DNA of 63,541 nucleotides, the filler included, from Octopus bimaculoides (lineage: Eukaryota): NCBI RefSeq assembly GCF_001194135.2. It is 8 parts of 7 records of this genome, joined end to end, with 100 filler letters (N's around TTAATTAATTAA, not from the genome) between each part and the next. Parts side by side here need not be neighbours in the genome. Positions count along the whole stretch, not along the records: positions 47,186 to 60,629 come from NC_068983.1; positions 60,730 to 63,541 come from NC_068990.1; 6 more parts are not named here. One strand, 5' to 3'. Both the position numbers and the translations under genes were made by a program. Below are positions 52,600 through 63,541 of this stretch, in pieces (position 1 is the first letter of the stretch; every line of letters starts with the position of its first letter). The notes below the pieces were generated by a model. The model was not told the DNA's origin, searched no databases, and worked only from the letters and a program-made list of their open reading frames with translations.

Positions 52600-54620
52600 G
52601 GTGACCTACACAGTTCTCAGCAGTGAACATAAAATTCTGCAAAAAGCCAATGATGACCATTGAAATACAGGAGACGATGAGTGATTTCATAAGTCGCAAA
52701 TCACCTGGCTTGGATGGTCTGCCCTATGAATTCTATGTAATCACGCCAGATTTGTTTGGCAGCCTCTTGACAGATGTCTACTGTAACTGGGAGCAGAACA
52801 GGAGAACTCCTAGTGCTATTTGCTGGGATGTAGTAACACAGTTGAGAAAGGATGCCAAGAATGGGGACATGCTAGAGAATTTTTGGCCCATAATTCTGTT
52901 AAACACAGAATTCAAGATTTTGGTTTATGTGTTAGCAAAAAGGTTGGTGCTTGTCATTGGAAGTCAGGTTGGGGATGTGCAAACATGCACAATCCCAAAC
53001 AGGTCTATCCATGACAACCTTCACTTTATGTGACATATTGTAGAGATAAAAGCTGGCTTTGGTGGGGTTCTGATCAATTTAGCATTTGAAAGGGTTAACC
53101 ATTGTTACTTGGAAGCTCTCCTAAAAGTGGCTGGTTTTGGAACCATTTTCAGAAGCAATGCAGAGCAGCCCCTGCTCAGTGGTCAAAGTAAACAGCCACC
53201 TATCGGAACCATTTTGCATTGCATGTTTGGTCCATCAGGACTTCCCACTGCCACCTTTTCTGTATGTGCTGGTTCTCAAGTCAATGCTGTGGCAGTTGAA
53301 ACAGTTGAGGGCATACCTTTTGAACTGGGACTCAAGAGGGCAGTGTCAGCGTATGCAGAAGATGTTACCATCATGATGTCAGATGCTTCCAAAGTAGAGA
53401 TGGTTGGCTTCATTGCAAAGGAGTGAGTCAGTTGCGGGGGTCAAAATCAATGCTGACAAGTTAGTGAGCTTGTGAAGGAGCACTTAGAGAGGCAGATCGA
53501 TGCCATAAGATGGTGTTGTCAGACACTGGACTGACAGACCAGTTAAACTACTTGAGGTTGGGTTTGGTCCCCACCTCCAGGTGGATAAGAACTGGGACGA
53601 ACAGGATGGCCAGTCTTACCCAGAAATGGGCAAAGGTGGTGAATGCCTACATTGCCTCCATCATCATTTATTGCCTGATCATTGTGCCTTGTCCCAGTTA
53701 TTGTTTGATTAGCTTGGAGCATCTCCTGTTTATTTTCTTGTGGAAGGAATACATTCCACTGGTCAGGCAGCCAATCTAACGTCAGCACCTGTTGCATGGT
53801 GGCTTAGGCATGCCATGGCTTCTGATGTGCAGACATGTGCTCAGGTTGCACCACCTGCAATGATTTCTTGACGCTGAGCATGTATGAGCTCTATTTGTGA
53901 GACACATCTTTCTGCAGCTCATCTCTTAGACAGGGCTGCAGTCTTGGGTGAAGGATTGACTGAGACTGGGTGCCTGGCACCTAGAATGTCATCAGGCACT
54001 CACTTTCCTCAACCAGTCAGGCAATAGGATCAGTGGATCTTCCACTTTAGATACATATAGAGGATTAGTGGCAGAGAAGTGCAACAACATCCTCGGGGAG
54101 ACCCTGGATGTTGATGAAAATGAACAGTCTAGTCTGTTCCAGTGAACTTTTCGGTCAGGGACTACTATAGATAATATTCAGATGTTTTTGGCCAGGCAGT
54201 GCTATCAGTTCAGGATAAACTTCATAGGCACAGATGTGCTGTCAGACAGGCTTAACCAAGGTGTGTGCAGAGTGACAAAACAATCCTGCATGCCTTCATT
54301 CAGTATCTGGGCATTGAAGGCTTGTGGAGTTATGTTGAACAGCTGTTGTCACATGCGGGACAGACCCTTCTGTCAGCTTATAGTGATGATTGCTCCGCTG
54401 CCCTCCGGCAGTTTTCCTTTTTTTTTTGGTGGTTGTGGCAGAAGAGATTTTCTGGTGGACAAGGCTGAAAGGAATGAGGACAGAGACATTCCTATATGGT
54501 AGAGCCCACATCAACTTTTTCAAGTTTCACTTGAAAAGGAAAGGGTAGAGAGGGAGATGTTGCCCTCGAATGAATTTATTAAAAGGTGGATGAAAGTTGT
54601 GAAAATAGCTAGAGTGGATG
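52600..54620 (+). mobile_element. Tx1/L1-like LINE ORF2 remnant, copy 2
   Basis: KSPGLDGLPYEFY..ENFWPIILLNTEFKILVYVLAKRL..QTCTIPNRSIHDNLHFM and VSAYAEDVTI; colinear with, but diverged from, copy 1. Confidence 0.85.
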
Positions 54621-55563
54621 GTACCACTCTAAGTGTAAACTTGTGTATACGTAGTTAAAAACTTTAAGACTTGTATAAGTTGGCTGTTGTGAATGCTTTT
54701 TCTGCAACCACTATCATCACTTACTACATTGTCAAAAGTCAACCAAAAATATAGATATAAACTCTCGTTTTATCTTTTTGGAGTTTATGTTCTATTTTTA
54801 CAGCATCAGTAGTGTCTTCTACAATGTTACCTGTGCAAGTATGGAAGAACAGAGGTAAAAATGAAGGCAATGATGATGATAATGAATCTGTTTGGAAGAA
54901 GGAGGAAAAGAAGCAGTAGAAAACAAGATATGATTATTTGGCCACACTTTACATAAAAAGAGTATTATTTTTAGATCAGGTCATCTCATATTCACATCAC
55001 TGGCCAAAGTCAGTGTTTATCTATTAGTTCTGCAATCGCCATTCTGATCTTCAAATTTTCAACCTGGAAAAGACAAACCAACATTGTATAAGGATTTCTT
55101 TTGACTATGGAAGCAAGATGTCAGCAAATTAAGCTTTTAGATAAATATATTTAAAGTTTTTATATAAGTAAAGAGGACAGTATCACAAATAACTGAGTAA
55201 ACAGAATGTGAACCTATAGATGAAGGTTTGTAACAGCTACTATGTTTCTCTAAAAGAAAAAGAGATACTTAACCTTCAATGGCCAAGTTGATCAAGCTGT
55301 TAACTGATACTATAAGGAGCCAAAGTTCACAGAGTGGAAGCATTGCTTAATATGTATAGAGGTAACTTGTTTCACTAACCACAAATTCTCTTATTGTCAA
55401 GCAACAATTACAGTACATTTTTGTTCAGTCACTATTTGAAACTGAAGTTTATAATGATGTCCCAACAACACAAATAGAATTAGAGCCACTCAATGAATGT
55501 TACCTCAAATTGATGGAAAGACAAAACAAAGTAATTTTGTTTATGTTAAAATGTTTTGCTTAC

Positions 55564-55589
55564 CTGACAACAGATTATCAAAAATACTT
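55564..55589 (-). CDS. Candidate 26-nt microexon of an unidentified minus-strand gene
   Basis: Minus strand reads ttttgttttgCTAACatcattggcttcag|AAGTATTTTTGATAATCTGTTGTCAG|gtaagc: branch point, acceptor and strong donor, in non-repeat sequence. Open frames are (R)SIFDNLLS or (x)VFLIICCQ. Confidence 0.4.
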
Positions 55590-55989
55590 CTGAAGCCAAT
55601 GATGTTAGCAAAACAAAATCCCACTTTATTCCTCAGTTACCTTTTTAACTTTACAAAATGTCTCCTTAGAAATTTATTTTCTTTAATTAGGGGTTATTAT
55701 TAAGGAATTCTACAAATAGATTTATCTACATTACAGCTCTCTTTTCTTGAAAATGGTTCTATTATTTAATTTTTTTTTAATATAGGGATATCGTAGATAC
55801 ATTATAGGCATGCATTTGACAGTTCAACATGACCTGACTAGCCAGAAAGCTGCATTGGGCTCCAACATCTGCTTTGGCAAGGTTACTAGTTGGATGTTCT
55901 TCTTAACACCTGACTAGTTAACAGGGTGTACTGAGTTAGGGGGTTTTTTTTTTGGCACCAGCACTAATGAGGTCACCAAGTAACTTGCT

Positions 55990-56420
55990 AAACAAAACTT
56001 CTTGACAAAATGGAGGTACAAGTTAAGGGATGTGGCTTTGTATCAGATATTGAGAGATTAAAGAATGATAGGGGAACAAGAATAGATATCTTGCTCTAAA
56101 GGAGGTGAGGGAGAAAAGATGGTGGAAATGAGATACCGTGGCATACCTTCAAAATACAAGAAGGAGAATAAATAGGGAACAGGAAAAGAGAATTGAGGAT
56201 AACTGGGTGGGCATATTTGCGAGAGTGTGAGTGGAATATGACAGATGGTAAAAATGAGGATAGAAATGAATGCAGTGAATAATGAACATGGGTAAGGAAA
56301 ACAGAGGTGGGTCAGAAAGGAGGAGGTAAAAGGTGGGCTGAAGACCAACAGTATAATAAAACCATAGATAGATGAGAAATAGGGAGAAGAGTGTGGTGAA
56401 GAGGGAAGAGGTACAGCAAT
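55990..56420 (+). mobile_element. Old RTE-like LINE 3' fragment
   Basis: Degenerate similarity to the RTE C-terminal LR W.GH...RIEM...G.GK.RW segment; many stops. Confidence 0.4.
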
Positions 56421-56689
56421 AGATACAGAGATTTTTGGCACACTGGCTGGATATAGTGAATTACAATAAAAGAGATAAGTGTTGATGACAGACATGAGAA
56501 AGTGTTCAGGGAAAGGGGGCATTCAACGTAAATATAGTGGCAAGGGAAGTAGTTCCAAGATGAGGGAGTGCTTGTGGCACTGAAGTTGGGTTGGAATATG
56601 TGCAGCTCTGCTTTCATACAGCTACAGCAGCTGAAGAAATAGAGCTAAAGTCGAGGGGTGAAAGATGGATAAATGTTAGAAAAATGTGT

Positions 56690-57052
56690 TGTGGAAGACA
56701 CATACAAATTGGATGTGAAGGAAAAGATATGATATGCTTTTCAGACATCCTCTTTTGCTGAGATGGATGGGTTTTCTCAAGTTCAGCAACTTGTGATTTC
56801 ACTTGATCCTTTGTCATCTCTTTCTATGAGGCCCAACAACATGAGGTCAGTGTTCACTAATTCATCTCATATTTTCTTGGGTCCTCTTCTTCCACAGATT
56901 CCATCTATATTTAGCTATTGGCACTTCCTTTGTCCTCATCCAAATGCATCACATGACCATATTAATGCAGTTCTCTCTCTTGCACACTACATCAGATGCT
57001 TCTTATGCTTAACTTTTCTCTCAAAACATTTGCACTTTGTCATACATGCACA
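56690..57052 (-). mobile_element. RTE-clade LINE, 3' part (left of the hAT insertion)
   Basis: Minus translation gives decayed VHV..VLREKL..RSI..VQER.L..YGH and RGRPKKIWDELVNTDL..LGL, the typical RTE ORF C-terminus. Confidence 0.75.
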
Positions 57053-57909
57053 CAGGGCTGGATTTATAGGGGTGAGGAGGGGCAATTGCCCCAGGCATCT
57101 AGATATTGGTGGGGAGCCCCTACTAGGAAAGGTATGTAGCATTCAATACAGGAACCCCCCCACTCCCAGCAATCTGGCATAATGAAGCTCTTTTTCAATA
57201 TACAAATGTATCTTGACTTCTTAAAAAATGTAATGGATTCTCTTTTGTGATAAAAACCTGTAATAATTCGACCGTGCGAACCAAAGGAGATGGCGACGTA
57301 GACGGAAAAGGCTCCTTTTTACCATGTCGCATGGTCGAACACAAAATAAGATAGAAGGCTCGTCATGAGAGATACAAGCCATAGTGCCAGTAAAAGAACT
57401 TAGGACAGACAACCGATATATATATATATATAGAGAGAGAGTAAGTTTATTAACATAGTGAAACTGTTTGTGTCTGTGTGTACGTGCATGCGACATATAT
57501 AATTAACACAGTGGATAAGTCAGGCCTTCGTGTACAAGAGAATGTATACAACAATGTGAAGTAACGGACAGTCGTATAAGCAATAGTGTGTGTACAATAC
57601 ATGAGAGTACAAGTGTGCGTGTGAATGAGAGGAAACACAGAACATAGAAAGAGTGTCTGTAACATAGACTGTAAAAAGTCTTAAAACACTGAGATAGAGA
57701 AATACCAGTTCGTATTAGAGTTACACAAGGAGATAGAATGTTCATACGCAGGAAGTTGTGGCTAAGTAGCAGAGCTGTGGTATCACAATATGTGTGTTGT
57801 GCGTCGAATGCTGTGACCGTTTACCTAATACGGAATATTCTCGCGTGGTGGAAACAATCCACTCAAACAGTGTCGATATAAAACCGAGTGTGTTGATATT
57901 GGTGTGTAC

Positions 57910-57938
57910 CTGGTGGTGGGGTTGCTGGCACACGACAT
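57910..57938 (-). CDS. Candidate first coding exon (MSCASNPTT-R) just downstream of a TATA box
   Basis: acaATG TCG TGT GCC AGC AAC CCC ACC ACC AG|gtacac; ends in phase 2; the donor is only moderate. Alternatively it is a 37-codon uORF whose TAG stop sits just before a gtaaac donor near 57826. Confidence 0.22.
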
Positions 57939-57949
57939 TGTGGTAGACA

Positions 57950-58120
57950 ATACGACTACTGTCATTGGATTGGGCTTATTTATAGTTGAAATAGGGCTCA
58001 CCGGAAACCCAGAAAAACTCTCTTTCACGTGACCTTATCTCAAGGCCATGATTGGATGTAATGCCCCCTTAGCAAGCAGAACATGGGGACAATTGCCGCG
58101 CAAATAAGAACCAATCAGGA
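57950..58120 (-). promoter_or_regulatory. Pol II promoter-like module: TATA box, CCAAT boxes, E-box, ETS-like site
   Basis: Minus-strand TATAAATA at 57984-57977; CCGGAA at 58001-58006; GTCACGTGA (USF/MiT-type E-box) at 58033-58025; CCAAT at about 58050 (minus) and 58110 (plus). Lies in a visibly CpG-rich patch (about 57240-58100) within CpG-poor flanks. Confidence 0.55.
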
Positions 58121-58366
58121 TGGTGGACAGAAGGGTCCAAGGCAGCCTAAGGCTAGATGTTAGCAGCTTCGTTATCATTTATGATTGAATGCCTGAGAGA
58201 GAGGTTTCACTACAAAGCCATAGATTTTTACCACTTTTTTTTTACCACCAAATAATTCAATCAAAAAACAGTTTATACCCAGTTCCAAAGCAGTTACAAT
58301 TCCCAGAGGAATTGTAGCTGCTGTTGGGGCAGAGAAAAGGGAAATAACAGAACACTCCTGAAACTC

Positions 58367-58407
<41 letters not shown>

Positions 58408-59981
58408 GTATAAATGTATATAATGATTCATAAAAAAATATTGTCTCTGGGCCAAATTAAGCCAAATTTTTTTTTCAACACATGACTGAGCTTGATCTTG
58501 GCTTCACCAATAGCAGTTAAAGGCATACACACACACACATTTCTACTTCCAAACTTATTTCAGTGGGGATTTGAAAACTGTTCTTATTTTATGAAGCAAG
58601 TAAATAAAGAAAACTTTTGAATTTAGTTTTAATTATAAAATTACATCTCTCAACAGCTAAAAGCATTCTTTTTCAGCTTTAGAATTATTGTATATATATT
58701 CAAATGTTTCATTAAATCGAACCTTTTTTCTTTTTCATTTTTTCATATATTTTATGTCATTCTGTCAAAGACTTGGAAGTGGGGCAAAAATGATAACTGT
58801 GTCAAAATGAATAATTTCTGATTTCTTGTTATTTTCTCTCATTTTGTACCATTACATCATCTTTGGATGTAAAATTTGGTCAGTATAGTTTACATAGTTG
58901 TTGTTGAAGTTGAGAGTTTGAAACATAGGTGACAGGTACTATTTTCAAGAAACTTTTTCTCAATTTTGACCCAGTTGTAATTGTGGTAGCTAATAAAATA
59001 TCTGGATAATTTTTGGTGAAGAAGCTATAAAGAATATTTTATGTTGAGTTTTTAGATTTAGCATGAGTTTCATTAATTTCATAGTATGTACTATTTTTCC
59101 ATAATCCTCTTTCATTTGACCAAGATATTTTAAATTTTGCTGTATTTCTGATATCTAAGAATGGATATATATGTGTATGACCCTTTTTCCAAATTTTATT
59201 TTGGAAAAATGGAAGGGCATATTTAGCTTGTCTTGTCTTACCCATATTTCCCTGCCTAAATTTTATTTTATAAGCTCAAAAAGAACAGTGATAATTTTCT
59301 GAAAGTGTTCTGAATACATTATAGGTTTTACTGTGTTTAGAGAAGATCTTTACTTCGCTGCTATAGTTTTGGCAAGGCAGTGTACATTTGTAAAAAAATA
59401 TATATACTTCAAAGTAAAAAATGTAGTAAATATTATTCATTGTGTCCCACTTACCCCTACTGGAAACTGGAAAAGCAGACTTTTGGAAACAGCTATTTGA
59501 ATTTCCCGTTTTTGTTTCTACCCCACCTCTCTCTCTCTCAAATACACACACACACATACACACACATCATGCCTTTGGAGCAGCAAGAACAAAAAAAAAA
59601 AGGATGTTTTGTTTGTAATTTTCTGTCATTTTATCTTATTCTACATTCTAAAACATTTGTAATTTGTAACTCACATTAAAAGAAAAAAAACTCTTACCCC
59701 ACTCTTCTCTCCTTCATTGTACTTTTCACAATGAAGGAAAAGTCAAACACCACAAGTGGTTGTGTGGAAAACAAAATTTGAATTTTGAGAAATGTATCTA
59801 TAAAGCGACATTTTCACTCATTTATTTAAACTTTCTCTGCTAACTCATCAAATTCAATTACATGAAATAGATGGGGCTTAAGATTTAAATTTGGTAATTT
59901 TCTAAGATTTTAATTCTTGTGTATAAAAGGCCCATCGAACTCAAAGTGCCCCAGGAACCCCATGGTTTAAATCCGGTCCTG

Positions 59982-60340
59982 CATGTACACTGACATTGCA
60001 CATCTGGGGGAACATGCTGACTTTATTTCTTTCTAATTTTCACATGTCCTCTACATTCACAGCCTACATTTCACAACCGTGTAGCACTGGTATTCATACA
60101 CAAGCATCAAACAATCTATCTTTTACTCTTACAGAGAAGGTTTTTTTTTTTCAGCACATCCTCCTCTGACTAACAGAAACTGTTGTGCTATCTCCAAAGT
60201 GCTTCCAGGACATTAAAGAAAATCTATTTCTTGTGCATCCTTTGTGTTTGTTGATACTGTAAAGCTTCCACAAATACTACACTACTTTTGCTGTTAATAT
60301 TTTGGAATTCCACTGCACTTCTTGCATATCCATTGTGTGG
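59982..60340 (-). mobile_element. RTE-clade LINE, upstream part (right of the hAT insertion)
   Basis: Minus translation gives decayed ..WICKKCSGI.. , RVKDRLFDACV..VLHGCEM.. and ..MCNVSVH, continuing into 56690-57052. Confidence 0.7.
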
Positions 60341-60629
60341 TGTTATGGGCTGTGATGAGCTATGTGTTGTGGTGGAGAGGGGTGAGGCAAACAGAGGTGA
60401 AGCCAGACCGGAAGGGCCAGACTGGAAGGGTCAGATCGGAAGTGTCAGACTGGAAGTCGGCGACACGCGGTCGAAGGCTAGCACGTGGGGCCAGTGAGAA
60501 AACAGCGACATTACGAGAAAGACGTGTTCTGATTAGGAGCGATCGTGTACCCCGCTGCGGTCGGCAAGGTAAGGTCCAACGCTTCATTCTGTCCTTTTAC
60601 TTCTTGTTGTCTTCTTCCTCCATCACACC
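60341..60629 (+). other. CpG-rich LTR-like or promoter/first-exon segment with 4 x 14-bp tandem repeat
   Basis: Begins TGTTATGG exactly where the RTE similarity stops. Repeats CCAGACCGGAAGGG/CCAGACTGGAAGGG/TCAGATCGGAAGTG/TCAGACTGGAAGTC at 60403-60458. CACGTG near 60482 and donor AAG|gtaagg at 60569. Truncated by a gap. Confidence 0.35.
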
Positions 60630-61179
60630 NNNNNNNNNNNNNNNNNNNNNNNNNNNNNNNNNNNNNNNNNNNNTTAATTAATTAANNNNNNNNNNNNNNN
60701 NNNNNNNNNNNNNNNNNNNNNNNNNNNNNCCGATCTACACATATATATATATATAACACATATACATATATATGCATACATATATATGCATACAGGCATA
60801 AACCAACGAATAGACGTACACTCCATCATTCACATCTCCCTTATCTATACACACACACATACACATTCACACACACATACTCGTAAATACAAACACTTAT
60901 ACCGATACACCGCGATATTCTAACAGGAACATACACAGCCATATTTTAGCCTATCATTCACAGCCATTGCCCACAGTTTTTATGGCAAAACCCATATTGC
61001 AGCGAAAACCATCTATTCCATCTTAACAAAAGTGTCCTTTATTTCGTCTTTCTGTCCCCCTCATGTTATTATTTTTTTCTCTTACTCTTCTTCTGTCGTA
61101 CATTTAGGCTACTGTCGCCTTACGTTTCTCTATCCACCACATCTTGAACACCAGATCTGGTCGTTGTCTAAATGGTCTT

Positions 61180-61460
<281 letters not shown>

Positions 61461-62042
61461 CATGCACGTATGTATAAATACATGTTTATTTGTATGGCTA
61501 TATATGTAAATTATTTAAATATACTTATGTAACTCTTTATCCACTGCTGTGATAAGTAGATGTCTATTCATCTTTGAATTGATTTCTCTCTCTGTGTCTA
61601 TATATGTACACACTCACAAACACGCACTACATATATATGTGTGTGCATGTGTGTATATATATATATATGTATACAGATGTGTGTGTAAACACACACTCAC
61701 ACACACACACACGCATACACACACACACACTCACATACACAGAGGCATGTACATGTCAAAGTTGCTAGCTATTTTGCATCTAGGCCAAACATTATTTTAA
61801 CCATAATCTCGGGTCGACCCAGGAGTTGGGAATGAAAGAAATTTACTGAACGGAAATTGTGTGGAAGCTCTCAGACTTGTAATTTTAACCAAGGGATCCC
61901 AATCAACTCAAGCCCCATGTTACGCTATTGCATTCTGGGCACACGTGTCTGTGGTGTACTCAACCACTTTACCTTCATATATGTGATCGAACAATTGGAA
62001 TTGTTCATTTAAGACATATGTGTGTGAGAGAGAGAGAGAGAG

Positions 62043-62104
<62 letters not shown>

Positions 62105-63541
62105 NNNNNNNNNNNNNNNNNNNNNNNNNNNNNNNNNNNNNNNNNNNNNNNNNNNNNNNNNNNNNNNNNNNNNNNNNNNNNNNNNNNNNNNNNNNNNNNN
62201 NNNNNNNNNNNNNNNNNNNNNNNNNNNNNNNNNNNNNNNNNNNNNNNNNNNNNNNNNNNNNNNNNNNNNNNNNNNNNNNNNNNNNNNNNNNNNNNNNNNN
62301 NNNNNNNNNNNNNNNNNNNNNNNNNNNNNNNNNNNNNNNNNNNNNNNNNNNNNNNNNNNNNNNNNNNNNNNNNNNNNNNNNNNNNNNNNNNNNNNNNNNN
62401 NNNNNNNNNNNNNNNNNNNNNNNNNNNNNNNNNNNNNNNNNNNNNNNNNNNNNNNNNNNNNNNNNNNNNNNNNNNNNNNNNNNNNNNNNNNNNNNNNNNN
62501 NNNNNNNNNNNNNNNNNNNNNNNNNNNNNNNNNNNNNNNNNNNNNNNNNNNNNNNNNNNNNNNNNNNNNNNNNNNNNNNNNNNNNNNNNNNNNNNNNNNN
62601 NNNNNNNNNNNNNNNNNNNNNNNNNNNNNNNNNNNNNNNNNNNNNNNNNNNNNNNNNNNNNNNNNNNNNNNNNNNNNNNNNNNNNNNNNNNNNNNNNNNN
62701 NNNNNNNNNNNNNNNNNNNNNNNNNNNNNNNNNNNNNNNNNNNNNNNNNNNNNNNNNNNNNNNNNNNNNNNNNNNNNNNNNNNNNNNNNNNNNNNNNNNN
62801 NNNNNNNNNNNNNNNNNNNNNNNNNNNNNNNNNNNNNNNNNNNNNNNNNNNNNNNNNNNNNNNNNNNNNNNNNNNNNNNNNNNNNNNNNNNNNNNNNNNN
62901 NNNNNNNNNNNNNNNNNNNNNNNNNNNNNNNNNNNNNNNNNNNNNNNNNNNNNNNNNNNNNNNNNNNNNNNNNNNNNNNNNNNNNTATATGTATGTATGT
63001 ATGTTTGTATGTATGTAAGTGTGTATGTATATATATATATATATATCCATACACTTACACACATGTATATAAGTACATACTGTTTATCTATGTTTTTTTG
63101 TGTGTATGTATGTATGTATATTTGCATGTATGTACGTATGTATGTATGTACGTATGTATGTATGTACGTATGTATGTATGTATATTTGTATGTATGCATG
63201 TATGTATGTATCTGCATGTATGTATGTATGTATGTATGTATGTATTTATGTATGCATGTATGTATGTATGTATGTATGTATATACGTATGGCTGCATGTA
63301 TGAATGCACATTCGTATGTTTGTAGTGATGTATCTATCTGCTTAAATAAACGTAAATATATCTTCATATTACATTTTTACCGTAATTTCCCTATGTCAAT
63401 TTCCTCTTCTCTCTGGCCATCTCACTACCTCACATTTCTGTTACCATTTGTCCAGCTCTCTCTCTGACTCCTTTTCCCTCTCTCCTTCTCAGTGCATGTG
63501 TCTTCGTGTGTTTGTGTGTGTATATATATATATATATATAT

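Larger units (their letters stand above)
57053..59981. mobile_element. Non-autonomous hAT-type DNA transposon, 2.9 kb
   Basis: TIRs CAGGGCTGGATTTA (57053) and the reverse complement of TAAATCCGGTCCTG (ends 59981) match 12/14. 8-bp TSD CATGCACA (57045-52) / CATGTACA (59982-89). Removing the insert rejoins an RTE LINE frame (..MCNVSVHV..). An 8-bp TSD is characteristic of hAT. No intact transposase seen. Confidence 0.8.

Noticed and set aside
61920-63467. ORFs of 300-470 aa (likewise 4812-6028, 13421-14197, 18408-19326, 38139-38765)
   Set aside because: They span N gaps and CA/TA repeats.

Overview
Eukaryotic, AT-rich, gap-ridden draft genomic DNA dominated by microsatellites and decayed transposons. 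The SINE/LINE repertoire looks like Octopus; this is inferred from recalled repeat families and not verified by search. Almost all listed ORFs are microsatellite or N-gap artefacts. The only unambiguous host coding segment is a phase 1-1 kringle-domain exon on + (22622-22864). It best resembles the kringle of MuSK/Nrk/ROR-type receptor tyrosine kinases. The remainder holds tRNA-derived SINEs, RTE, Tx1/L1-like, R4/Dong-like, HERO/NeSL-like and Penelope retroelement fragments, and mariner, hAT and piggyBac-type elements. The most interesting structure is at the right end. A 2.9 kb hAT-type element (57053-59981), with TIRs and an 8-bp TSD, splits an RTE LINE and carries a CpG-rich TATA/CCAAT/E-box promoter-like module facing left. 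That module points into a visibly CpG-depleted ~13 kb domain containing strong-splice-site microexon candidates (55564-55589, 48576-48597) that are phase-compatible with it. Other notable items: a ~500 bp inverted-repeat pair (29924-33281) enclosing exon-like segments, a perfect U1-complementary donor abutting a 13-bp hairpin (21425-21467), and a pre-miRNA-like hairpin (34354-34416). All gene-structure chains other than the kringle exon are inference and need RNA evidence.
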